From an uncultured Gemmatimonadales bacterium (GTDB lineage: Bacteria > Gemmatimonadota > Gemmatimonadetes > Longimicrobiales > RSA9): a stretch of DNA of 64,000 nt. Where the stretch lies: contig CAWCUS010000006.1 in assembly GCA_963798845.1 (NCBI GenBank), positions 1 to 64,000 of the forward strand, given 5' to 3'. The notes under the pieces were generated by a model. The model made no database searches, was not told where the DNA came from, and saw nothing but the letters and a program-made list of their open reading frames with translations. Made by a program: the position numbers and the translations under genes. Positions 8,966-17,653 of this stretch are shown one piece after another (positions within the stretch are counted from its first letter, which is position 1; every line of letters begins with the position of its first letter).

Positions 8966-9362
8966 GATCGGAACCGTCGTCAACAGCCGGGCGCCACCGC
9001 CCACCCATCGCCCCGCCCGGCGCACCGCCCTCCCGCGCCCAGGGGTGCCGCCTAGTCCGTTGCTGCGGGCCGGAGACTGCGTCGGCGGGTCCGCGCGGGA
9101 AAGCGGTACTCCGATCCCCCACAGGCCTGCTCGCGAACTCCCACGACGAGAATGCGCGGTTTTCCTGATTGATCACTCCAGAATCCCCAAAGCATCTTTG
9201 TGGGTACGGATCGCCCCGATTTCACCCTGCCAGACCCGTCGCCGTCCTCCGGCGCCCGGGCCGATCCGCGAGATGCCGACGTAGACGCACCTGCTCGATA
9301 GATCGGCTCGCCATCCTCCTCGAGGATGTCGCGGTAGATGGTCCTCCACTCGGGAGGCGCGC

Positions 9363-10103
9363 ATGGGCTCGCCGCGCACTGAACCACGGCGTCAATTGTT
9401 CGGTTCCCTTTCCCCGTCGGAGCTCGGTCTGCCCGGCCAGGTGGCTGCGGCGTGGGGTGTGTTGGCGGGTGTGCTGGCGTGCGGGGTGGTAGCCGGCCAC
9501 ATGCTGGCGGGGAACCTGAGCTCGAGCATGGCGCTGATCACCGCCACGCTCTTCTACGCGGTAGCGTCGGTTCTGGGGTTCCTGCACGGGGGCCTGCTGG
9601 GGTATGCGGGGCGACCGGAGATGGAGTCGCGGGGCCGGGCGCTGCGGCATCTTGCGCTGGCGCTGCTGTATGCGGCACCGGTGCTGCTCCTCGGCTGGCT
9701 GCTTGGAATGCTGATGGTGATGTCGGCGGTGGCGTACCTCACTGGCCGCATTGGAACGCTGGTGGTCGGCGGGATCGGCTGGCTCGGCGCTCTGGCGGTG
9801 CTGGCGTGGGCGTGGGTCGCGTCGTCGGAGGCGCTGTCGAACCTGCTGAGGCGGTGGCCGCCGGCGCGGGCGCTGTTCGTGGCGCTGGGGCTGGGCTTCC
9901 TCGCCCTGCTGCCGCTCTTTCTGGCGACGCGGCCGTCGATCTGGGTCCTGGGAGTCCGCCCAACGCGCACCGCGGCAGCGATCATGGCGGCGGCGGCCAC
10001 CGCGTGGATCGGGGGACCGCTGGGCGTGCTGTCCCTCCTCGCGTTGCGGGCGTGGCGTCTCCGGCACCCGGGGTCCGAGGCCGAGAGAGGGCGCGCGGCA
10101 TGA
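9363..10103 (+). CDS. Hypothetical polytopic membrane protein, first gene of the cytochrome operon
   Basis: GGGAGG RBS; about 6-7 hydrophobic helices; ATGA overlap with the next gene. Confidence 0.78.
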   Translation: MGSPRTEPRRQLFGSLSPSELGLPGQVAAAWGVLAGVLACGVVAGHMLAGNLSSSMALITATLFYAVASVLGFLHGGLLGYAGRPEMESRGRALRHLALALLYAAPVLLLGWLLGMLMVMSAVAYLTGRIGTLVVGGIGWLGALAVLAWAWVASSEALSNLLRRWPPARALFVALGLGFLALLPLFLATRPSIWVLGVRPTRTAAAIMAAAATAWIGGPLGVLSLLALRAWRLRHPGSEAERGRAA

Positions 10104-10945
10104 AAGGCGGCCGGGTGCCCACGGCGGGAGTGCTGGTCGCTCTGCTGGCGGCGTGCGGCGGGGATTCGTCGGCCGGCGCGGCACCGGGACCCGATGCGGC
10201 GGAAGCTGCAGTGCCGACAGCTGCGGCGGTCGTCCGTGCGGCTACGGCTGACGCTCCGCCGGTGATGTCGCTGACGCTGCGGCAGGCTCTCGCCTCGGTG
10301 GACTACGCGTTCCCCCACAGCAAGCACGCGGGCGTCGACTGCCTTCGCTGCCACAGGCGGCCGACCAGCCACGTCACGCACCCCGAGGCCCCGTGCACGG
10401 CGTGTCACGGACGGCCGACGGTGCTGGCGTCGCTGCCGAGGCCGGACCGGATGGAGTGCCTGGGTTGCCATCACGCGAACGCCCCGGACCGTCCCTGCGA
10501 ACGGTGCCACGAGGCGGCGCCGCGCGACCCGATCCCGCAGCGCCTGGCCGTCATCACGGCCGGCGGCAGAGCGCCGCGCGCCCGTACCGTGCTGTTCGAC
10601 CACGCCCGTCACGCCGGCCGTGCGTGCACCGGGTGCCACACCACGCCCGTGACCCGCGCTTTCGGCGCCGGCTGCGGCAGCTGTCACGAGTCCCACCATC
10701 GAGCGGAGGCGGAATGCGCCACGTGTCACGACGGCCGGGGCATCGGCGCCCACACGGACCGGAGCCATCTCGGTTGCGCCGGGGCGGAATGCCACGAGGA
10801 TCGCACGGTCCTGGCGCTCGCCCCCACCCGGAACGTCTGCCTGATCTGCCACGGGGCGCGGATCGACCACTACCCGAAGCAGGAGTGCGCCACGTGTCAC
10901 GTCGGGTTCGGGGAAACCATCCGGAGCGCAACGGGGAGCCGGTGA
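10100..10945 (+). CDS. Multiheme c-type cytochrome lipoprotein (9 CxxCH + 1 CxxxxCH)
   Basis: Lipobox LAAC; heme motifs CLRCH, CTACH, CLGCH, CERCH, CTGCH, CGSCH, CATCH, CAGAECH, CLICH, CATCH; c3/c7-like FPHSKH and FDHARH motifs. Confidence 0.9.
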   Translation: MKGGRVPTAGVLVALLAACGGDSSAGAAPGPDAAEAAVPTAAAVVRAATADAPPVMSLTLRQALASVDYAFPHSKHAGVDCLRCHRRPTSHVTHPEAPCTACHGRPTVLASLPRPDRMECLGCHHANAPDRPCERCHEAAPRDPIPQRLAVITAGGRAPRARTVLFDHARHAGRACTGCHTTPVTRAFGAGCGSCHESHHRAEAECATCHDGRGIGAHTDRSHLGCAGAECHEDRTVLALAPTRNVCLICHGARIDHYPKQECATCHVGFGETIRSATGSR

Positions 10946-12270
10946 GAGCGCGTGCGTGGTCGCGCCGCGGAGGCGTGCGGGCGGGCGCGCTGCTCGTGGG
11001 GCTGGCGTGGAGCGTTGTGCCCCGGGCGGCCGCAGCCCAGCAGCACCCGTCGAGCGACGACTGCATCGCGTGTCACCTGACGCTCGACGAACCGCGCCTG
11101 GTGCAGCCGGCGAAGGATTTCCCGTCGGACATACACGCGGAGAAAGGTTTCGACTGCCTGGCCTGTCACGGGCGGGTGCCGGCAGGGGCGGGCGGAGGGG
11201 CGATGGACCCGTCCAAAGGATTCATCGCGCGGCCGACGCGGGCGCAGATCCCCGAGCTGTGTGGCAGCTGCCACTCTGACATCGAGTTCATGAAGCGCTA
11301 CAACCCGTCGCTGCGCGTGGACCAGCTCGCCGAATACTGGACGTCGCGCCACGGCAAGGCGCTGCGCGAAGGGGACCCCGACGTGGCCACCTGCGTCAGC
11401 TGCCACCCGGCACACTCCATCCGTCCGCCGTCGGACCCGGAGTCGAGCGTGTATCCCACGCACGTCGCGGAGCTGTGCGGGTCCTGCCATTCGGACGCGG
11501 CGATCATGGGTCCCCGCGGGCTGCCCACCGACCAGCTGGAGGAGTATCGGGGGAGCGTGCATGGACGCCAGATGATCGCGAAGGAGGACATCTCAGCGCC
11601 GACCTGCAACGACTGCCACGGCAACCACGGCGCGGCGCCGCCGGGGGTCGCCTCGGTCCAGCGGGTGTGCGGCCAGTGCCACGCGGTCATGGCGGACGAC
11701 TTCCACGGCACCGGCCACGACCAGGCGTTCAGCGACGCCGGCTACCCCGGCTGCGAGACCTGCCACGGCAACCACGGCATCCAGACTCCCAGCGACGCCG
11801 ACCTCCCCGTCCGGGCCCGCGAGGTCTGCAGCCGCTGTCACGAGCCCGGCGACACGGCGGCCGCCGCGTTCGACGTGATCCTGGTCCTCATCGATTCGCT
11901 CGAGGTTGAGAGGGCACGGGCGAAAGACGTGCTGGACCGGGCGGCGAACCTGGGAATGGAGGTGAGCCAGGCTCAGTTCGAGCTGCAGGACGTGAACAAC
12001 GCCCTCGCCCGCGCACGCGCGGCGGTCCACACCTTTTCCGCGGATCCGGTCCGCACGGAGGTGTCCGGCGGGCTGGAGATCGTGAGCCGGTCCATGAAGC
12101 GGGGAAACGACGCGCTGTGGGAGCACGGCTTCCGGCGCGCCGGTCTGGGGGTGTCCGCGCTCTTCATCCTCCTCTTCATGGTGGGCCTGGTCCTCAAGAT
12201 CCGGGAGATCGAGCGGCGGCCGGATTCCCGCGCCCCCTCCCACGACCCGCGCACGCGAGGGAAGTCATGA
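10942..12270 (+). CDS. Nonaheme c-type cytochrome with a C-terminal helical stalk and TM anchor
   Basis: GTGA overlap; signal peptide; heme motifs CIACH, CLACH, CGSCH, CVSCH, CGSCH, CNDCH, CGQCH, CETCH, CSRCH; C-terminal TM helix. Confidence 0.9.
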   Translation: MRARAWSRRGGVRAGALLVGLAWSVVPRAAAAQQHPSSDDCIACHLTLDEPRLVQPAKDFPSDIHAEKGFDCLACHGRVPAGAGGGAMDPSKGFIARPTRAQIPELCGSCHSDIEFMKRYNPSLRVDQLAEYWTSRHGKALREGDPDVATCVSCHPAHSIRPPSDPESSVYPTHVAELCGSCHSDAAIMGPRGLPTDQLEEYRGSVHGRQMIAKEDISAPTCNDCHGNHGAAPPGVASVQRVCGQCHAVMADDFHGTGHDQAFSDAGYPGCETCHGNHGIQTPSDADLPVRAREVCSRCHEPGDTAAAAFDVILVLIDSLEVERARAKDVLDRAANLGMEVSQAQFELQDVNNALARARAAVHTFSADPVRTEVSGGLEIVSRSMKRGNDALWEHGFRRAGLGVSALFILLFMVGLVLKIREIERRPDSRAPSHDPRTRGKS

Positions 12271-12839
12271 CGCAGCAACACTCCGATCAGGAAGCGACCC
12301 GGGGCGAAGCACCCGCGCGGCATGTTCCGGCCGGCTCCACCGGTCCCGGCGGGGATGCCCCCGGGACCGGCGAGGCAGACGCGGCGCGGGCTCTCCCTGC
12401 CGAAGGCAGCATGACCCGCTCCCGATTCCTGACCTACATGCTGGGGACGGGTGCCGGGGGACTGGCGGCCGCGGTGCTGTATCCGGTGAGCCGCTACATC
12501 GTACCGCCGGACGCGCCGGAAGCCACCGCCAACTCCGTCGTCCTCGGACTCGCGGGCGACGACATCCCGCCCAACACCGGCCGCATCTTCAAGTTCGGGA
12601 ACAAGCCCGGAATCCTGCTGCGCACGCCCGGTGGCGAGCTGCGCGCGTTCTCGGCGGTGTGCACGCACCTCCAGTGCACCGTCCAGTACCGCACGGACCT
12701 GACGCATATCTGGTGCGCGTGCCACAACGGGCACTACGACCTATCCGGCCGCAACATCGCCGGCCCCCCGCCCGCTCCGCTCACGGAGTACCAGGTGTTC
12801 GAGCGCGGAGAGACCATTGTCGTTACCCGGAAAGCGTAG
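12267..12839 (+). CDS. Rieske [2Fe-2S] protein of a Rieske/cytochrome b complex
   Basis: CTHLQC and CACHNGHYD boxes, GPPP.PL motif, Tat-like TRSRFL followed by a TM anchor. Confidence 0.93.
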   Translation: MTQQHSDQEATRGEAPARHVPAGSTGPGGDAPGTGEADAARALPAEGSMTRSRFLTYMLGTGAGGLAAAVLYPVSRYIVPPDAPEATANSVVLGLAGDDIPPNTGRIFKFGNKPGILLRTPGGELRAFSAVCTHLQCTVQYRTDLTHIWCACHNGHYDLSGRNIAGPPPAPLTEYQVFERGETIVVTRKA

Positions 12840-12842
12840 ACC

Positions 12843-14000
12843 ATGGCGACGACCACGACCATACCCCCCACGCCGCAGCCGACTCGCCAGCCTTCGCCGG
12901 AGGGGCCGCGGCGCGGCACCCGGGTGGGACGCCTTCTGCGCTGGCTCGACGATCGCACGGGCGCGTCCGCGCTCCAGCCGCTGGCCAGGAAGAAGCAGGT
13001 GCCGCTGCACCGCCACTCCTTCTGGTACTATCTCGGAGGGATGGCGCTTTTCCTCCTCGTGATCCAGGTGGCGACCGGCATCCTGCTCCTGTTCTACTAC
13101 CGGCCGAGCGCCGAGGGGGCGTACGAGTCCGTGCAGTTCCTGATGGCGGAAGTGAAGTTCGGCTGGCTGATCCGCTCGATCCACGCGTGGGGGGCCAACC
13201 TGCTCATCCTCACGCTCTTCGTGCACCTGTTCAGCACGCTCCTGCTCAGGGCCTATCGGGCGCCGCGGGAGCTCACGTGGATGACGGGCGTGGCGCTTTT
13301 CGCTCTCTTCCTCGGCCTCGGCTTCACCGGCTACCTCCTGCCCTGGAACGAGCTCGCCTTCTTCGCCACCCGCGTCGGCACCGAGATCCCGGCCACGATC
13401 CCCCTGGTCGGAGGCTTCATGCGCGACGTGCTGCGTGGCGGCGATGACGTCACCGGCGCCACCCTGACGCGCTTCTACGCGCTCCACGTCTCCGTCCTCC
13501 CCGGGCTCGCGATCCTCATCGTCGCCCTGCACGCGCTCCTGGTGCAGAAGCACGGCATGAGCGTGCCGGCCGGAGTGGAGCGGAAGGGTGGGGCCAAGCG
13601 GAGCGTGCCCTTCTTCCCGAACTTCTTCCTGCGGGACCTGGTCGGCTGGCTCGCCGCGCTCGCGATCCTCGCCTCGGCCGCCGCCTTCTTCCCCGCTCAC
13701 CTCGGCGCGAAGGCCGATCCGTTCGCGTCCGCCCCGGCCGGGATCAAGCCGGAGTGGTACTTCATGTTCATGTTCGAGACCCTCAAATTCCTGCCGAGCC
13801 ACATCCTGGGGGTGAACGGCGAGCTGGTGGGAGTCGCCGGCTTCGGCGCCGCCGCGCTGGTCCTCCTGGTCATGCCGTTCCTCGACCGCCCCGGCGCCGA
13901 CGGTCGGCACCGGCCGATCTGGCGCTACGTCGCCGTCTTCGCGCTCGTCTACATGCTGGTGCTCACGTACCTCGGGTACGCCATCGATCCGACGGGATGA
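12843..14000 (+). CDS. Cytochrome b (unsplit b6 + subunit IV-like) of a Rieske/cytochrome b complex
   Basis: Four heme-b His ligands (RSIHAW, FVHLF, ALHV, ALHA), GFTGYLLPW and the Qo-site IKPEWY motif. Confidence 0.95.
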   Translation: MATTTTIPPTPQPTRQPSPEGPRRGTRVGRLLRWLDDRTGASALQPLARKKQVPLHRHSFWYYLGGMALFLLVIQVATGILLLFYYRPSAEGAYESVQFLMAEVKFGWLIRSIHAWGANLLILTLFVHLFSTLLLRAYRAPRELTWMTGVALFALFLGLGFTGYLLPWNELAFFATRVGTEIPATIPLVGGFMRDVLRGGDDVTGATLTRFYALHVSVLPGLAILIVALHALLVQKHGMSVPAGVERKGGAKRSVPFFPNFFLRDLVGWLAALAILASAAAFFPAHLGAKADPFASAPAGIKPEWYFMFMFETLKFLPSHILGVNGELVGVAGFGAAALVLLVMPFLDRPGADGRHRPIWRYVAVFALVYMLVLTYLGYAIDPTG

Positions 14001-14073
14001 CGCGCCGACGCGCCGCGGAGGCGCACGGAACGGCACGCCACGCCGCGTCCGGCAAGCGGGGCGAGGCGGCGAG

Positions 14074-17000
14074 CTAGCGGCCGCTCGCCACCCCCGTCTG
14101 CTCCTCGCCCCACTTCGCCAGCACCCGCTCGAGGCGAGCGAGGTACTCCACCCAGACATCGCGCGCGCCCTGCGTGGGCGCGTTGTCGGCGGAGGTGACC
14201 GCACCGTAGAGGCTGGTGAGCACGCCGGTAATGGCGCGCAGACCTTCGTTGCCGTTGCGCAGGTCGGCGAGGCGTCCGGCGGTATCGCGGTCGAACCGGG
14301 TGGTGTCCTGGAGGGCCGCGCCGATGGCGCGATCGGCGGCCACGGCCTTATGGAGCGCCCCCGCCATGCTGTCGGCGAGCGCGAGCTGTGCGCGGAGGTC
14401 CGCGTCCGGCACGTCCACGCGCGGGTCCATCTTCACCGTCAACGGCTGCGTGTACTCCTTCCCGCCGGCAGACAGCGTGACCGTGTAGTCGCCGGGCAGG
14501 ACGAGGGCGCCCTGCGGGTTGAGCGGCGTGCCCTTCCCCCATACCGCAGCGATCGAGTACTCGTAGCCCAGCGCGTCGGGCCGGTCCTGCCGGAGGTCCC
14601 ACACGAAGCGGTGCATGCCGGGCTCGTCCGACAGCCGCTGGGGCGACCCGACCCACGCTTTCTGGAAGTACCGGAACGCGGGCAGCGAGTCGGGGACGTC
14701 GGTGCTCGAGAAGCGGCGCACCACCTCTCCATCGGAGTCGCGGATCGTGAGCGACACCGGCCCGCCCGACGCCAGCACGTAGTCCAGCACCGCGCCCGTC
14801 GGCGGGTTCTCGCCAAGCGGCGTCTCGGGGGGCCAGGGCGTGTCCCGGTTCTCGTCCGCCCGGAGCCGGATGGCGGTGGCGGGGTGGTACAGGTGGGCCG
14901 GCTCGCCCGCCGCGACGGCGGTCGCCTGCCTCAGCGGCTCGATGTCGTCCATGGTCCAGATCGCGTGCCCGTTGGTGGCCGCGATCAGATCGCCATGATG
15001 GACCATGAGGTCGCGCACCTGCGCGGTGGGCATGTTCTTCCGGATCGAGCGCCAGCTCGCGCCATCGTCGAACGAGACGTAGACGCCACGCTGCGTCCCC
15101 GCGAACAGCAGCCCCGGCTTCACGGGGTCCGCCCGGATCACGAGCGTGTACTCGTCGCCCGGGATTCCGTCCGTGATGCGTGTCCAGCTCTGTCCCGCGT
15201 CCCGCGTCCGGAACAACAGCGGCTCGCGGCGGTCGATCCGGTGAAGGTCCACCGCCACGTAGGCCACACCCGCGTCGTCCGCAGACGCGGATATGGCGTC
15301 AATCCGTCCCCACGCCGGGATCCCGGGCGGCGTCACGTCCTTCCAGTGCGCGCCGCCGTCCGTGGTGAGGCGGACGTAGCCGTCATCGGTCCCGGCCCAG
15401 ATCGTGTTCTCGTCCACCGGCGACGGCTCTATGGCGTAGACCACTCCGAAGCCGCACACCCGCGCGGTCGTCCGGTCCGGATCGTGGCACGTCTCCGCCC
15501 CCGGGTCCTGCCGCGGCCCGGCCCCGGGGGAAGCGCCGCCCATGGCGCCGCTCAGGTCGGGCGAGATCTCCGTCCAGTGGGCGCCGTTGTCGTCTGAGCG
15601 GAAGATCATCTGCGCGCCCAGGAACACCGGGTGCGGCGGGAAGGGCGAGAACACGAGCGGCGTGATCCACGTGTAGCGGTACTTCACGCCCGTCGGCCGC
15701 GCCCCGTACGTGTTCACGGGCCACGGGGAGATCTCCGCGGACTGGCGCGTGACGTCGTCGTAGCGGGAGATGTGACCGCCGAGGCCGCTCCCGAAGACGG
15801 TGTCGGGGACGCCGGGCTTGGGCACCATGTCGTCGCGCTCGTCGCCGCCCACGGGGTGCCAGTCCCGCAGCTCGATGACGCCGTACGGCCCCCGACTCGC
15901 GATCTCCACGGTGCCGTTGTCCTGCTGGCCGCTGTAGATGTGGTACGGAAAGCGATCGTCGGCGCCCAGGTGATAGAACTGTCCGGTTGGCTGGTTGTAC
16001 CAGCTCGACCACGTCCTGCCGCCGTTCACGCTCACCGTGGCGCCCTGGTCCACCCCCGCCACCATCCGCTCCGGCGCCAGCGGGTCGATCCAGAAGTCGT
16101 GCCAGTCGTCGCCGCCCGGCGAGCCGTTCCACGGCTCCCATGTCCGGCCGCCGTCGGTGCTGATGCGGATCGACTGGCCCATCAGGAAGACCGTGTTCGG
16201 GTCGGTCGGCGAGACCGTGAGCCGGCCGAAGTAGTCGCTGGCCAGCTCGGCCCGGTCGCTCACGTGCGTCCAGCTCCCGCCGCCGTCGCCCGACCGCCAG
16301 ATCCCCGCCGCGTCCGTCGTGGCCTCGACCACGGCGTAGACGACGCGCCCGCCGGTCCCCCGGGCCACCCCGACGCCGATGCGCCCCAGGTCTCCGGACG
16401 GGAAGCCGCCGCCCGTCAGCCGCTTCCAGGTCGTGCCGCCGTCGGTGCTCTTCCAGACCCCGGACCCCGGGCCCACGCGTGGCTGGAAGTAGTCGAGCCA
16501 CGGGTGCATGGTCATCTGCCACGTGGCAGCGTAGACGGTTTGCGGTGCGGTGCCGTCCCGGGCCAGGTCGACCGCCCCCGTGCGGTCGTCCACCTTCAGC
16601 GCCTGCTTCCATGTGCCGCCGCCATCCGTGCTCCGGTAAACGCCACGCTCCACGTTCGGCCCGAACACGTGCCCGAGCGCCGCCACCAGCACCACGTCGG
16701 CGTCGTTCGGGTCCACCAGGATCTTTCCGACGTGCCGGCTGTCGCGGAGCCCCACATTCCGCCACGTCTCGCCGCCGTCGTCCGAGCGGTAGACGCCGTC
16801 GCCGGCCATGATGTCGTAGCGTGCAGCAACCTGCCCCGTGCCGGCGTACAGAACCGACGGGTCGGACGGCGCTACGGCGAGCCCGCCGATCGACTGCGAC
16901 GGCGCATCCTGCATCAACCCTCGCCACGTGCGCCCCGCGTCGTCGGTCTTCCACACGCCGCCGCCGGCCGTGCCCACGTAGAACGTCGTGGCCGACCCGG

Positions 17001-17247
17001 GAATCCCGGTGGCCACCGTGGCCCAGCCCGCGCGGAACGGCCCCACCAGCCGCCAGCGCATGTCCCGGTAGCTCGCCTCGGCCACCGGGCCGGCGCCCTC
17101 TCGCACGGCCGCTTCCGTCCGCGTCGCCTGGGCGCGCGCCACCGACGGCGCCGCAGGCACGAGGGCGGCGGCGACCAGGAGGAGGATGGGGACGGCGGCG
17201 GGGGAAACGAGGGCGGCCGAGAAGGGAGGTGTGGAGTGGCGGTGCAT
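14074..17247 (-). CDS. Secreted BNR/Asp-box repeat beta-propeller protein (VPS10/sortilin-like, putative glycosyl hydrolase)
   Basis: Signal peptide, WRLVGPFRAG and many S/TxDGGxTW Asp-box repeats; C-terminal Ig-like and helical region. Confidence 0.88.
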   Translation of the reverse strand: MHRHSTPPFSAALVSPAAVPILLLVAAALVPAAPSVARAQATRTEAAVREGAGPVAEASYRDMRWRLVGPFRAGWATVATGIPGSATTFYVGTAGGGVWKTDDAGRTWRGLMQDAPSQSIGGLAVAPSDPSVLYAGTGQVAARYDIMAGDGVYRSDDGGETWRNVGLRDSRHVGKILVDPNDADVVLVAALGHVFGPNVERGVYRSTDGGGTWKQALKVDDRTGAVDLARDGTAPQTVYAATWQMTMHPWLDYFQPRVGPGSGVWKSTDGGTTWKRLTGGGFPSGDLGRIGVGVARGTGGRVVYAVVEATTDAAGIWRSGDGGGSWTHVSDRAELASDYFGRLTVSPTDPNTVFLMGQSIRISTDGGRTWEPWNGSPGGDDWHDFWIDPLAPERMVAGVDQGATVSVNGGRTWSSWYNQPTGQFYHLGADDRFPYHIYSGQQDNGTVEIASRGPYGVIELRDWHPVGGDERDDMVPKPGVPDTVFGSGLGGHISRYDDVTRQSAEISPWPVNTYGARPTGVKYRYTWITPLVFSPFPPHPVFLGAQMIFRSDDNGAHWTEISPDLSGAMGGASPGAGPRQDPGAETCHDPDRTTARVCGFGVVYAIEPSPVDENTIWAGTDDGYVRLTTDGGAHWKDVTPPGIPAWGRIDAISASADDAGVAYVAVDLHRIDRREPLLFRTRDAGQSWTRITDGIPGDEYTLVIRADPVKPGLLFAGTQRGVYVSFDDGASWRSIRKNMPTAQVRDLMVHHGDLIAATNGHAIWTMDDIEPLRQATAVAAGEPAHLYHPATAIRLRADENRDTPWPPETPLGENPPTGAVLDYVLASGGPVSLTIRDSDGEVVRRFSSTDVPDSLPAFRYFQKAWVGSPQRLSDEPGMHRFVWDLRQDRPDALGYEYSIAAVWGKGTPLNPQGALVLPGDYTVTLSAGGKEYTQPLTVKMDPRVDVPDADLRAQLALADSMAGALHKAVAADRAIGAALQDTTRFDRDTAGRLADLRNGNEGLRAITGVLTSLYGAVTSADNAPTQGARDVWVEYLARLERVLAKWGEEQTGVASGR

Positions 17248-17345
17248 GGCTCAGGTCCTGTGGAACGGCTTCGTTTGCACACGGCGGGCGTCGTCGCGCG
17301 GGAGACCGCATGATACCGTGCCTCCCACCTGCGCGCGAGCGCAAC

Positions 17346-17573
17346 TCGAATCCCCGCGCAGCGGGGGCGAGCCGCGCAAGCGGCGAGCTTCGAATCCCCG
17401 CGCAGCCGGGGGCGAGCCGCGCAAGCGGCGAGCTTCGAATCCCCGCGCAGCGGGGGCGAGCCGCGCAAGCGGCGAGCTTCGAATCCCCGCGCAGCGGGGG
17501 CGAGCCGCGCTCAGCGGCGAGCTTCGAATCCCCGCGCAGCGGGGTCCCCGAGCCGCGCAAGCGGCGACGGGGA
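17346..17573 (+). repeat. Tandem array of five 44-45 bp double-hairpin (REP/BIME-like) units
   Basis: Unit TCGAAT-CCCCGC-GCA-GCGGGG-GCGA-GCCGC-GCAA-GCGGC-GAGCT starts at 17346, 17390, 17435, 17479 and 17524; no unique spacers. Confidence 0.92.
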
Positions 17574-17653
17574 TCGAACCTCGAAGGCCCGACCCCCGCC
17601 AACGCCTTCAACCCCGCAACGACCGGGCGGGCACACCCGCCCGGCCGACGCAC

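Noticed and set aside
8966..9362. Riboswitch or FNR/Rex site upstream of the cytochrome operon
   Set aside because: Only weak partial palindromes (TGATTGATCA, CAAAG-CAT-CTTTG) are present, with no convincing consensus match.
17346..17573. CRISPR array
   Set aside because: The units are directly tandem with no unique spacers, and there are no cas genes in the window.
17385..17582. tRNA gene or fragments (TTCGAATCCC, and GGTTCGATCCCC on the minus strand, resemble the T-loop)
   Set aside because: No T-stem pairing, cloverleaf, acceptor stem or CCA can be built.
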